From a virus, in IMG/VR virus record IMGVR_UViG_3300049893_002799, positions 1-64,000 of that record: a DNA stretch of 64,000 nucleotides; one strand, 5' to 3'. The notes under the pieces are model-generated. The model had not been told where the DNA came from. It worked only from the letters and a program-made list of their open reading frames with translations, and searched no databases. The position numbers and the translations under genes were made by a program. Below are positions 1-9,895 of the stretch, one piece after another. The first letter of the stretch is position 1; each line of letters begins with the position of its first letter.

Positions 1-897
1 AGTAGTATGAGCATGTATTTTCACACGCTCTATCCTATCAGTATCTATATACTTTGTCCTCGTGGAAATATTAGTCTTATTGCAAAGACTCTTCCACTCC
101 TTAGAATCAAGAAGAGCAGCTATTTCTTTACGCTGACCAGTAAAAACCACGACCCAATTATCGGTTTGGTTAATTGAGCCCTCAATGCTCTGCACTGTTG
201 ATTTGATATTGCCGACCTCAACCTCCAAGCTTCGCCAGGATGGCAGAGGAGATTGGATGAAGCTGGTCTTGTATGAATCCGTATCAAATAACATTAGACC
301 CTTTGTCTGCCCAATGTCCTTCATACTCTGAGAGTATGGGCTACCTGGATATACAACCTTGCCGAAAGATTGCTTCTTATGTATGTGTCCACTTATAATA
401 ATCTCGGCCGATATCGTGTCAGGATCTACCCCGTTCTCAGGACGATAACCGCCGAAATCACATCCAATGAAAGTCTGATGCGCCACACATATTGGTAGGG
501 TTTTTTTAGGAAATAGATCATGGTTTGCGAAATAGGGGACAAAGGTTATCCCCATATCGTCTCTATCTGTCACCTTATCTATAACCGTGAAATTGCGATA
601 TTTATCTGAAAACGGTTGTAGAGCATGGTACGTACTATCATTTGGACGAAACATATCGTGGTTCCCTAACACATAAAAATATGGAACTTTTTGACAAACT
701 CTTTTCACATGACTACTAAATTCAGATAATATTTCTGACCTAATAACACCGTGATCATGAAATAAATCGCCTAAATTAATAAATATATCTGGTTTCTGTT
801 CTTCTATTACCTTATCAATCCAGCCTAAGAAACTCTTAGCTGCTGCAAATCTACTCATTTGTAGGTGCGGGTCGCCAGAAAAAAGTATTTTAGTCAT
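1..897 (-). CDS. sbcD: SbcD/Mre11-like metallophosphoesterase nuclease (partial, runs off the window; missing from the ORF track)
   Basis: Manual translation from ATG at 897: MTKILFSGDPHLQ...NLGDLFHD...VLGNHD...VAHQTF...SGHIH...YPGSP, the calcineurin-like motif set of SbcD/gp47. Confidence 0.88.
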   Translation of the reverse strand, partial: MTKILFSGDPHLQMSRFAAAKSFLGWIDKVIEEQKPDIFINLGDLFHDHGVIRSEILSEFSSHVKRVCQKVPYFYVLGNHDMFRPNDSTYHALQPFSDKYRNFTVIDKVTDRDDMGITFVPYFANHDLFPKKTLPICVAHQTFIGCDFGGYRPENGVDPDTISAEIIISGHIHKKQSFGKVVYPGSPYSQSMKDIGQTKGLMLFDTDSYKTSFIQSPLPSWRSLEVEVGNIKSTVQSIEGSINQTDNWVVVFTGQRKEIAALLDSKEWKSLCNKTNISTRTKYIDTDRIERVKIHAHTT

Positions 898-1534
898 ATT
901 GACGCTCAGATAGAGTTTTTATAAGATGTTCGCTTTTCCAAAGTGGCTGTAAATTAGTATAATGATTTAATCTTATTAATTCATCCTCATTATTAGCAGT
1001 GAAACATGGAACAATATGGTCTATTTGCCATTCGCCGTAGTTATCCCAAGACATTCCTAACTTAAATAAGGATTCTACGTGTAATTTCAGTGTTTCCCAT
1101 TCGCAGCCTAGAATTACACTCGTATTGGATTTTTTACTGAAACCACGGGATTTAATTGCCCGACTTATTCTATTTGATGTGGTTCTACGAAGTTTATAAA
1201 TAGGATCTTTAGTTCTCTTAGCTTTATCCCATTTTCTATGGTTACTTCTATAAGAAGATCCTGGTCTTTGTCTATGTTCTTTGGCTTTTTTAGCAAAATA
1301 GGTAGGATTTTTAGTCTTAAATTCAATCACTTGTTGATTTATGCGATCTATATGTCGCTCTCTGTAGCGTCTCTTATTTTGCCTATCTTTGTCGCTATTA
1401 TTTTTACCAAACTGCATTCTTCTCGCGACATCACATACTTTACATATTGATCTTACACCAAAAGCTCCGCCTTTGTCTTTATAAAAAGAGGAGAATTCTT
1501 TCTCTATTCTGCACTTGGAGCAAATCTTAGTCAT
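890..1534 (-). CDS. HNH homing endonuclease with N-terminal Cys-pair zinc motif
   Basis: CSKC...CKVC N-terminus and C-terminal WQIDHIVP...LNHYTNLQPLW HNH motif. Confidence 0.85.
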   Translation of the reverse strand: MTKICSKCRIEKEFSSFYKDKGGAFGVRSICKVCDVARRMQFGKNNSDKDRQNKRRYRERHIDRINQQVIEFKTKNPTYFAKKAKEHRQRPGSSYRSNHRKWDKAKRTKDPIYKLRRTTSNRISRAIKSRGFSKKSNTSVILGCEWETLKLHVESLFKLGMSWDNYGEWQIDHIVPCFTANNEDELIRLNHYTNLQPLWKSEHLIKTLSERQYD

Positions 1535-1871
1535 TACTTCCCCCTAAGATCATCTTTTCTATCGCTTCATTTACACAGCACTCCAAATAAGAATATTTCA
1601 AACCGTCGCGACTGTATACAATAACATCATTATCTGCAACATCTGAGCTAATAATAATATAAAAATCTGCAAAAGGAGTTACTAGGCATAAACGCTGTAG
1701 ACCGGTAATACCAGTAACATTATATGCAAGAATATTGTTATGAAAATCTTTGCATAGTCGTTCGTGCGTTGATACAGATACACCAGCACTATTCCACACA
1801 TTGATGGAATGCCTGTCGCACCACATAACTAATTCGCTCAATTGCGCGCAAATATCGTTATATAATTTCAT
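1527..1871 (-). CDS. hypothetical protein
   Basis: ORF fills the recA-HNH gap; probable start ATG at 1871 (MKLYND), overlapping the recA end. Confidence 0.55.
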   Translation of the reverse strand: MKLYNDICAQLSELVMWCDRHSINVWNSAGVSVSTHERLCKDFHNNILAYNVTGITGLQRLCLVTPFADFYIIISSDVADNDVIVYSRDGLKYSYLECCVNEAIEKMILGGSND

Positions 1872-2991
1872 CAGGTAGCTCTGGCGTACCGACTTCGAGA
1901 TCATATCCTAATTCTTTGTTGCGCAAAGAAATAGCCTCATCCTCATCGTCAATGGCATTACATAAAGCCATCGCCGTATCCCATAAATCGGGATCTGATA
2001 AGAACATTGTTTTGAATTTTTCTTCGCCTTTGATTTGCATTGCGGTATTGTTTCCAAGCTGCCAAACCTGATTGTTTTCTTTGCCTGTATCTGGATTAAC
2101 AGGGTGTTTAATTACTTTTAGACTTTTTGCTAACTCATAGATTTCTTCGCCAATATTCGTGATGCCTTTTGTATAGGTCATCGTGAACTCAGCGGCACGA
2201 AATGGGGCACCGACACGATTCTTCTTTCCACGCACTCGTACCTTATGGCCGATCTGTGCAGCTCCACCATAAATATTCTTACCTTTTTCAACACGCCCGT
2301 CCTTTGTATCTACGCGAACTACTTCTAGCATATAGTCACAGAAATGCTTGAGAGCTCTACCATCAGGAATAAGGTATGGATTATTCATTTTCTTATACTC
2401 ATCCATCTCTTCATAAACCTGTTGTATCAATGCAGTGGTAATGCTATAATTCCTAATAACAGGAAGAATACCCTTTAGAGCTGATCCCAGATATGAGGCC
2501 CCACCTCCACCCATAGTCTGTTTAGTGCTCTTCTCTTTTATGTCTTTAGGATATCGAATAGCTTTAACAGAATCTATAGCAATACCCACAATAGGACAGC
2601 CATCCTGAAGAAGAACCTGAAGATCTTTCTCGATGTAATCAAAGATCTCGAGAGGATCATTTGTCTGTTTAACGATGAGACGACCTAGATCGCCGCCAAG
2701 TTTCTTAAACCATTCTGGGTTGAATGAGAATTCTGCATCGAACCAGATACAGATGCCATCGGGAAAGTCTTTTTGTAATTGAATCATGAGAAGTTGTGCA
2801 AGAAAGCTTTTACCGCCAGATTCAGGGCCGTAAAAACAGACCGCTTTACCGCGAGTGATACCACCATTTTGAACCACCCAATTAAGGGACGGAGATGGTA
2901 GCGCTACCACGTGATCCGATGGTCTGGGAAGGTCGGCAGCCGCTTTAGCTACACCCTTCGTGAGTTGAGACATCCAATTATTCTTTGCCAT
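1858..2991 (-). CDS. recA: RecA/UvsX recombinase
   Basis: Walker A GPESGGKS, DAEF, IDSV and GRALKHF, KNRVGAPF motifs; AGGAGG SD before ATG at 2991. Confidence 0.93.
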   Translation of the reverse strand: MAKNNWMSQLTKGVAKAAADLPRPSDHVVALPSPSLNWVVQNGGITRGKAVCFYGPESGGKSFLAQLLMIQLQKDFPDGICIWFDAEFSFNPEWFKKLGGDLGRLIVKQTNDPLEIFDYIEKDLQVLLQDGCPIVGIAIDSVKAIRYPKDIKEKSTKQTMGGGGASYLGSALKGILPVIRNYSITTALIQQVYEEMDEYKKMNNPYLIPDGRALKHFCDYMLEVVRVDTKDGRVEKGKNIYGGAAQIGHKVRVRGKKNRVGAPFRAAEFTMTYTKGITNIGEEIYELAKSLKVIKHPVNPDTGKENNQVWQLGNNTAMQIKGEEKFKTMFLSDPDLWDTAMALCNAIDDEDEAISLRNKELGYDLEVGTPELPDEII

Positions 2992-3052
2992 AACAGTCCT
3001 CCTTTTTACGTCCGTAGACAAGCACCGTAGTGCGGGTTGTTATGAGGGATAC

Positions 3053-3526
3053 TTACATTCCCTCATTTGGTGAATCATTGTACTCATTAGAGTACGCTAT
3101 CTTCTTAACATCATCGTGGGCCAAACGAAACTCTTGAAGTTTGTTTTTAAGGAACACGACCATTGCTTCTGACTGAGATTTTACTTTTTCTGCATATTGA
3201 ACGCCAGGATCCATGGGAACATAGCGTTCTCTTGCAGCATTACTCTCTTTTACGCCCTTACTCTCTAAGTAAGCAGGAGCATTTTCAAAGTAAGCGACTG
3301 CTTCCGCAGTTTTTAGTGCTGCAACAGCAATACCGTGCATTCTCATAGCTGAAGCTAGCATGGTATTAGTAAAATCATACGCCATGACAAAATCTCTAAG
3401 ATAAACCGGGGCCAACATTGTATTGAACCCCTTAGAAATATCCTCGATCTTTTTGGTGTATTCAGCTAAACGATCAAGACGAAGGGACCGAAGTCCCTCC
3501 TCCACCTTCACGAGGTCAGAAGACAT
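3053..3526 (-). CDS. UvsY-like recombination mediator (putative)
   Basis: 157-aa helical protein lying between SSB and RecA; call rests on size and synteny. Confidence 0.5.
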   Translation of the reverse strand: MSSDLVKVEEGLRSLRLDRLAEYTKKIEDISKGFNTMLAPVYLRDFVMAYDFTNTMLASAMRMHGIAVAALKTAEAVAYFENAPAYLESKGVKESNAARERYVPMDPGVQYAEKVKSQSEAMVVFLKNKLQEFRLAHDDVKKIAYSNEYNDSPNEGM

Positions 3527-3527
3527 A

Positions 3528-4622
3528 TTAGTCTCCTAGAATTTCAGCGGTTAGTGCGCTTAATTCATCATCCTCAAACTGCTGTTGTACAGGCGCCTTC
3601 TTTGCTGCAGGTTTAGCGACTTGAGCTGCAGGTTTAGCGACAGTAGGTTTACGTACGGGGGTCTCATCTTCATCGTCGTCTTCAGCTAAATTTAGTGCTA
3701 CCGCTTTTGCTGGAGTTTTCTTGACAGTGGGTTTAACTTCTTCTACCTCTTCCTCTTCTTCGTGGTGTGAAGTTTTAGAAGCTTTTTTAACCGTAGCAGT
3801 GTTCACGTTGATATCAGAAATATCATATGTGTCTAACGTAGCCTCTGGAATTTCTTCTGCAAGAAGAGCTATGTTAAACAACAATATCTCTTTCAACTCA
3901 TCGTATGACTTACTTGTATACATGTTACTTAAATCATATCCCAATTCACTGTAATTGGTTACCACATTCTCCGGAAGAGGAGATCGGTCATCGATCTTAA
4001 CCAGACGTCCCTTGTCATCTTTCTCGCGTGTCTGATTAAATGCAACACTATATTCAGTATCTTTACCCTTACCATCTTTTGTAATGTTGAACCAAACACC
4101 AGAATCATCATCCTCAGATTCAAGAGAGGTTGGATCTTGAGCATAGTCTTTAATATACTGATTCATCATTTTTTTCATGGCTTTATGCGCTGTAGACTTC
4201 AATTCAAGGAGCCCAACTGTCCCGGATTTATCGCATGCATTATACGCATAAAGATGCTGCACACGAACATTCCACTGAATGCTCCGCAGTCCTTCTAATT
4301 CTGCCTTAATATCTCCGTCAGAGTATCCTTCTGCCTTAAGACCAGCCTTTTTTTCTTCTACATACTTATTTAATGCATCAACGTACTCTTGTACTGGACA
4401 AGCCTCTCCATCTGTCATAGGGGTGGCAAAGGGCTTACGTTTTCCCGATTTAGGATCTTGGAGCCAGGCTACACTCCATTTACGGAATGGCCAGTTACGG
4501 TGGGTTTCTGGGTCTCCGAAAGGGGGGAGAATTCTGAAGACATTACTGCCATCGTTGATTTTGTGTCGTACCCAGTCACGACCAGACTTTAAAGAATCCA
4601 TACTGATTTGAATCTTACCCAT
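3528..4622 (-). CDS. single-stranded DNA-binding protein, T4 gp32-like
   Basis: FRILPP, CP, G..F.ITK.G.G.DTEY motifs and a long acidic/low-complexity C-terminal tail. Confidence 0.8.
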   Translation of the reverse strand: MGKIQISMDSLKSGRDWVRHKINDGSNVFRILPPFGDPETHRNWPFRKWSVAWLQDPKSGKRKPFATPMTDGEACPVQEYVDALNKYVEEKKAGLKAEGYSDGDIKAELEGLRSIQWNVRVQHLYAYNACDKSGTVGLLELKSTAHKAMKKMMNQYIKDYAQDPTSLESEDDDSGVWFNITKDGKGKDTEYSVAFNQTREKDDKGRLVKIDDRSPLPENVVTNYSELGYDLSNMYTSKSYDELKEILLFNIALLAEEIPEATLDTYDISDINVNTATVKKASKTSHHEEEEEVEEVKPTVKKTPAKAVALNLAEDDDEDETPVRKPTVAKPAAQVAKPAAKKAPVQQQFEDDELSALTAEILGD

Positions 4623-4684
4623 TTTCGTTCTCCTTGCTTTTGCCTAACAGGCTATTGATTGGAATACCATTATTGGTATTTTGA

Positions 4685-5212
4685 TTATACCAGATTCTCA
4701 TTTAGACGGGCTGCCTGTTCAGCAGTTATGGCAGGTTTTCCCACTATTTTCTTGGGCTTATTAGGTTGAACAGCTTCTAACTCTTTTTGACTTATTTGCT
4801 CTAATCCAAGTTCGATTAACTTAGTACAATACTTAGAGTCACCAGTATAGTAAATAAGACTTGTTCCGATAGGGCGCTGTTTAAATTGGTGATAAACGAC
4901 AGCATACAGTAATTCAGGAAGCTGGTCGACGAATGCCTTAACCAGGGTGTCATGTATCTGCTCCTCCGTGTCACATGGTACTCCAATATATCGACTGATA
5001 TTTAGAGAGCGTAGTGCATCAAAATCTTCGCCCATATATTTGAGTCCGATTGCAGCCACTACTTCACGTAAATAATTTGCAGTTAGTAAGTTAGATTTAG
5101 GTTTTTTTAACCTACACGCTGCAATTTCTGGCATAAAATTAGGCGCACTAATAATGAACTCATTCTTTTCCAGAGTTGTCGGTGGATTTTTTGTTATCAA
5201 GAATTTTGACAT
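4685..5212 (-). CDS. hypothetical protein
   Basis: 175-aa ORF in the operon; no recognised motif. Confidence 0.6.
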   Translation of the reverse strand: MSKFLITKNPPTTLEKNEFIISAPNFMPEIAACRLKKPKSNLLTANYLREVVAAIGLKYMGEDFDALRSLNISRYIGVPCDTEEQIHDTLVKAFVDQLPELLYAVVYHQFKQRPIGTSLIYYTGDSKYCTKLIELGLEQISQKELEAVQPNKPKKIVGKPAITAEQAARLNENLV

Positions 5213-6545
5213 CGATTATCTTCTCCATATCAGTGACTGTTAGTCTAACAGAACCTTTCCAACCTTCAGTTAATTTACCAGTAACAAATACAATACTATT
5301 TTTGGGCCATTTAAGAGCTTTCTCTTGATCCCACCATATACACTCAATCGTTGAACTGCCATCTGATAAATCAACCTTAATAAAATTATACTTGCGTTTT
5401 GTTTTCTTAGAGATTCCGCTTTTATGTGTTGATCCTTCATATAGTAAAAACATTCCAACAGTTTTTTCATAATTTTTTACAGCCAACCCGTGAGCAATTT
5501 TAGCCCCAGATAAAATAGGTAACTGCGTTCCGAGATAAAATGGGATACCGCTACGATGAGTAGGAGATAGTGCGGGCATGGCTTGTTGGATCATACCCTG
5601 CACAGTTACGTCTTCAACAATGGTCTTATTAAAACACTTATTGTATTCACGCTCCATGAGGAAGATGTGGACTGGATTAGTTTCTTCTAGTTCCGCAGAT
5701 TCTCTCTTAATCTTACGTAATTTCATATAGTCTTTAAACAATTTCTTTCTAGCTTCACCATACGAAACACTCTGATCCATTAGACAATCTGCTGCCCTAG
5801 CATGTATCAGAGCCACAAAATGACCAGCATTTACCTTATTATGAACTACTTTTTCCACATACTCAGATAATGAACTGAAAGGTCCTTTTGCTATTAATTC
5901 GTGTACAGATGCAGGTCCCACTTTTTTTACTACAGATAGTGGAGCAACTAGTTTATTGTTCACTATGGCAAACTTGTCGGTCGGAGTTGCTAAAGATGGC
6001 GGCTTTATGAGATTGCCTAGCAGATGCATAAAATTACGAATCTTGTCCTCTTTGTCCGTATTATTTAAGACTGCAGACCACCATTCCAGTTTATGATGAT
6101 GCTTGAGATACATCGTGATATATCCTAGTTCGGCATAGCACCTAGAATGTGACCTGTTGAAGGAGTATCGAGAGAATGCTTCAACCTGCTCACAGATAGT
6201 ATTTGCTTGATCTGTTGTCCAACCATTATTAGCACCATATTCTCGTATCCTAGTAAAAGAAGCAAGCATAATCTCGCGTTTCTTTTTAGCAATAGCTCCA
6301 CGAATCTGGTCAGCTTCTTCAAGAGAGTACCCAACTAGCTCAAGAAATTTCATAACTTCTTCTTGGTAGACAAACACACCATTCGAGGTACACGATGCTA
6401 GGTCTGGATGGACATATTGAAGCGCACGACGCTTATTGCGTATATCCATGTAGTATTGTGCGGCACTAATGTTATCGTCTTTAGTAATCCCAGGAACATA
6501 AGTTACATTTTTAACTTTTCTACCATTTCGTTGAAGCTGTCCCAA
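5160..6545 (-). CDS. dnaE: DNA polymerase III alpha, C-terminal fragment (fingers, HhH, OB fold)
   Basis: HPDL...GVFVYQEEVM, EADQIRGAIAKKK, YSFNRSHS..YA.LGY.TMYLKHH, KKVG HhH and OB fold; TTG start with GAGGTG just upstream. Confidence 0.9.
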   Translation of the reverse strand: MGQLQRNGRKVKNVTYVPGITKDDNISAAQYYMDIRNKRRALQYVHPDLASCTSNGVFVYQEEVMKFLELVGYSLEEADQIRGAIAKKKREIMLASFTRIREYGANNGWTTDQANTICEQVEAFSRYSFNRSHSRCYAELGYITMYLKHHHKLEWWSAVLNNTDKEDKIRNFMHLLGNLIKPPSLATPTDKFAIVNNKLVAPLSVVKKVGPASVHELIAKGPFSSLSEYVEKVVHNKVNAGHFVALIHARAADCLMDQSVSYGEARKKLFKDYMKLRKIKRESAELEETNPVHIFLMEREYNKCFNKTIVEDVTVQGMIQQAMPALSPTHRSGIPFYLGTQLPILSGAKIAHGLAVKNYEKTVGMFLLYEGSTHKSGISKKTKRKYNFIKVDLSDGSSTIECIWWDQEKALKWPKNSIVFVTGKLTEGWKGSVRLTVTDMEKIIDVKILDNKKSTDNSGKE

Positions 6546-7090
6546 TCAACACCTCTTTTTTCTTTATTAAATCCTATAAAACCTAGTTTTAGTAACTTAA
6601 AAAACACGTCTTCATATTCTTTATGAATCTTAGAGTGTTCCGAAACATTGGTAAGCAGTAGATTTTCTATCGAATTATTGTTTTTATCACCATCGATATG
6701 GTGAACTTGTTCATAGTTTTTACCATTAGGTAGATATCCAGTGTTTTTAAACCAAACATAATCATGTAGCTTAATTCTTCTTCCTAATTCCTCTACAAAA
6801 ATCGTTTGATAACCAGATCTGACGCCTGTTTTAACCCTAGCAGTAGACATTAATTTAAGTGACTTAGCTATTCTGGGATCTGTTTTGTCTAGTCCTTTAT
6901 TCCAGGGTTTTTTATGCCCATGTCTTGCAGAATTTATCTTATATTTTCTACTATCATGTTGCTTTAATATATCTGCAGCTCTAGCACTATTAATACCAAA
7001 CTTGCGACTTAAAAGTCTAACAGATATCTCATTATTTTCATAATAATCCACTAATTCTAACTCATTAATTTCTTTTAACTTTTTTGCCAT
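6503..7090 (-). CDS. HNH homing endonuclease (NUMOD3-like KPWNKG motif) inserted in dnaE
   Basis: KPWNKGL motif; VHHIDGDKNNNSIENL...EHSKIH HNH motif; overlaps both dnaE fragments. Confidence 0.9.
   Translation of the reverse strand: MAKKLKEINELELVDYYENNEISVRLLSRKFGINSARAADILKQHDSRKYKINSARHGHKKPWNKGLDKTDPRIAKSLKLMSTARVKTGVRSGYQTIFVEELGRRIKLHDYVWFKNTGYLPNGKNYEQVHHIDGDKNNNSIENLLLTNVSEHSKIHKEYEDVFFKLLKLGFIGFNKEKRGVDWDSFNEMVEKLKM
6509..6528. repeat. 20-bp imperfect direct repeat (18/20) bounding the dnaE HNH gene, partner at 7073-7092
   Basis: Minus strand AAATGGTAGAAAAGTTAAAA versus AAATGGCAAAAAAGTTAAAA. Confidence 0.7.
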
Positions 7091-9852
7091 TTATCGTATT
7101 CTTCCTCAGTTATATACTCAATACCACCATCTTCATATTCTACCATATATGTGGCATTAATAATCATAGGGCTATCTAACGCTCCTGGTCGACAAAGTGC
7201 AGTAAGAGCTGAAAGATGCTCACGACTGGTCGGACAAAACTGTTGTATATAGCCCTTAATAAGGGAGGTATTGAACTGGAAAGCAGAATCTGTTTTCTTA
7301 TAATAAAAATCTGCGTACACCTCAGAATCATCGGGTAGCCTATATATTAGGGCTACACCATTCTTGTCCTCTTCTAAATAATCAATCCCAGTTCGCTCTT
7401 TTACCATCTGAATACACTGAGACACCATATTAATAGTAGTTACACCCAGAATATCAGCCTTTACTAGACCAGATGCTTCTACCATTGGTGCTTCATATTG
7501 CGTAACCTGAATCATCTCGTTCGTATTCTTGTCCCACATTCTCATAGTAGGAACACGGTTGGCAGATAGATCGATAGTTGATACAACAAAAGCAGAAGCA
7601 TGGCGCCCCCATCCGCGCGGAATACCTATTAATCTCTTAACCATTTCTTCTACTTGCTTATATTGCTCAAAAAAATTAGCAATTTCTGGTGTAGTTTCTG
7701 TAACTCCTTGATGCACCACACCTTCCTTATCTGTATAGCCATATAAGAAGTCATATTCATCAATCCCTTGTGGAGAATCAGGGATAAGTTCGCACAATTG
7801 CTTGATTTCAAAATCCTCGCGATTACGACCATAGAGTGCCCACATTGCATCCTTAATTGCGTTCTTGGTCTTCATCTTTTGAAGAGTACAGATCTGGGCA
7901 AAACCTAAACTATACTTCTTCTCTAAGTATTTCAGAATTTCAGTACGGTCGCCAAAGTCGCAATCAATATCAGGAAAAGACTTGGCTCTGATACGAGCAT
8001 GTGATAAGAATCGCTCGAACGGTAGATCCGCTTTTATCGGGTCGATGTGTATTAGTTTTAGATAGTACGACAATAAGCATCCACCAGCAGATCCACGACC
8101 AATATTTTGAAGAATCCCCAGCGAACGAGCATATGAACATATGTCTTCAAACATTAAGAAATATGGCAAAAAGTTTGTTGCCTCATTCTTCATGATAACA
8201 TCAATTTCTTTTTTAAAGCGTGCTATATAGGTAGGACTGTCATTCCAGCGACCATGTTTTTTACATAACTCAATTGCGTACATCAGTGTTTGTTTATCAT
8301 AATTATCTTCTTTTGCCTTAATATGATCCGGGATATCAATCTTAGGCATATGATAATTGAATGTTACCTTAATTTCCTTTGCTGACTCCATTACTTCATA
8401 AGTATTTTGGATCCAGGATCGAAACTTATCTTCGGTGAGCCATTCTTTTAGCTGGTATTTGAGTTCTGTAAAAAGTTGAACGGCATTCTTTACATGATAT
8501 GACTCTATATAACATTTACCGCTGGCATATGAATTCCTAGATATACATTCCTGTAAAAGCTTATCTCCTGGTTCAATAAAGTGAGCACCGCTAACAGGAA
8601 TGCAGCGCAGATCAAACTCGTCGACCATTTCAGACAAAAATTTATTATAAGCTTTATTCCAATCGCCGTCTATGATTAGAGAATTTTTCTTTATTCTCTG
8701 AAATCCGCTTTTAGCAGTGAAAGTTTCTTTGATAGAAACTGGATTAAACTCTACAAATATCTGGTCTTTAAAATTATCAAGATATACCTTAAATCTCTCG
8801 ACAGCCTTATCTCGATGTCCCTCTAGAACGGCTAGACCTACTGGTCCATATACATCCGCAGTACCGAATCTAAGTCCTGCCTGATACTGATGCACTGTGC
8901 TAAGTTTTAGTTTTGGATAAGTAACTCCATCGATCTCTATCTGCTCATCGTATCCCAATGAGGCTAGTTTCATTAGGTTAAAATAGCCATCATTATTTAG
9001 TGCCCAGACATTCATTGGATAAATGGTATCAGGTTCGCTGTCTACATAGAAATAAATACCTACTCCAGGAATACCTACTACCGACGGATCTTTAAGGCGA
9101 GTCATATGGTACATAGAAATTGCTGGTCCATGATCGACTACACTAAAACCTGGAGTTTTACTTTTCTTACACCACTCCACCCATTCTTCGATAGATGGAA
9201 CAGATTCAGTCATACCATACATAGAATGTAAGTGTAGCTGTACTAATTCTGGAAATTCTTGAGAAACAATAACCTCTTCTTGCAAAACAATCTTTTCTTC
9301 AACAAAAGCCTCTTCACCCAATAAATCACCGATTTTCCGATCAACTTGTATAGTTGCAGAAATATCAGATAGAGCTTCGTGCGCATTGATCTGTATATCA
9401 AAATGTTTTGCCAATGTAGCTAATTTCAGATTCTCTGTCTTTAATAGTGTTTTAACTTTTTGAGCGCGAGTATATGTGTCATGAACCTGTAATTCAAATA
9501 ACTCAAAAAATTCATTTGCACGGCCGTGGCGAGTAAAAAAGGAACTGACGAAGCGTTTATCGAAGCCAACATTATAACCAGCAATAACAAACTTCTTTTT
9601 AAAAGATCTTAAATACGAGATGAAGTTATCTAGTAAAGCTGATGGAGATTGAAATGTCTTCATTCGCTCGACAGTGATACCATGTGCACGCACCGCACCA
9701 TCATCAATGTTGTTCCAGTTTACGGGTTGACAGAATTCATTAAATGAATCATATGCAACTCCATTTATGACAGGGATGCATGCTAGTTGCACTATGTCAT
9801 TTTTTTCTGGATAAAGTCCTGTTGTTTCTACATCAATCCAAATAAAGTCCAT
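7075..9852 (-). CDS. dnaE: DNA polymerase III alpha, N-terminal fragment with fused DEDDh 3'-5' exonuclease and PHP domain
   Basis: DVETTG...YNVGFD...HEALSD exonuclease; LHLHS PHP; GRGSAGG, FERFL, PDIDCDF, KADILG catalytic motifs; ends shortly after RPGALD. Confidence 0.93.
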   Translation of the reverse strand: MDFIWIDVETTGLYPEKNDIVQLACIPVINGVAYDSFNEFCQPVNWNNIDDGAVRAHGITVERMKTFQSPSALLDNFISYLRSFKKKFVIAGYNVGFDKRFVSSFFTRHGRANEFFELFELQVHDTYTRAQKVKTLLKTENLKLATLAKHFDIQINAHEALSDISATIQVDRKIGDLLGEEAFVEEKIVLQEEVIVSQEFPELVQLHLHSMYGMTESVPSIEEWVEWCKKSKTPGFSVVDHGPAISMYHMTRLKDPSVVGIPGVGIYFYVDSEPDTIYPMNVWALNNDGYFNLMKLASLGYDEQIEIDGVTYPKLKLSTVHQYQAGLRFGTADVYGPVGLAVLEGHRDKAVERFKVYLDNFKDQIFVEFNPVSIKETFTAKSGFQRIKKNSLIIDGDWNKAYNKFLSEMVDEFDLRCIPVSGAHFIEPGDKLLQECISRNSYASGKCYIESYHVKNAVQLFTELKYQLKEWLTEDKFRSWIQNTYEVMESAKEIKVTFNYHMPKIDIPDHIKAKEDNYDKQTLMYAIELCKKHGRWNDSPTYIARFKKEIDVIMKNEATNFLPYFLMFEDICSYARSLGILQNIGRGSAGGCLLSYYLKLIHIDPIKADLPFERFLSHARIRAKSFPDIDCDFGDRTEILKYLEKKYSLGFAQICTLQKMKTKNAIKDAMWALYGRNREDFEIKQLCELIPDSPQGIDEYDFLYGYTDKEGVVHQGVTETTPEIANFFEQYKQVEEMVKRLIGIPRGWGRHASAFVVSTIDLSANRVPTMRMWDKNTNEMIQVTQYEAPMVEASGLVKADILGVTTINMVSQCIQMVKERTGIDYLEEDKNGVALIYRLPDDSEVYADFYYKKTDSAFQFNTSLIKGYIQQFCPTSREHLSALTALCRPGALDSPMIINATYMVEYEDGGIEYITEEEYDKWQKS

Positions 9853-9895
9853 ATAATCCTCATAACAAGATACTTGCTATTCTACAGATTATCGG

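Noticed and set aside
4640-4680. gp32-style autoregulatory structure upstream of the SSB gene
   Set aside because: Only short AT-rich hairpins are visible, which is insufficient support.
6450-7180. Group I intron or canonical split intein in dnaE
   Set aside because: There is no non-coding room or recognisable P1/P7 pairing, and no block A motif, TxxH or terminal HN-[CST]. The usual YxFN intein site is intact.
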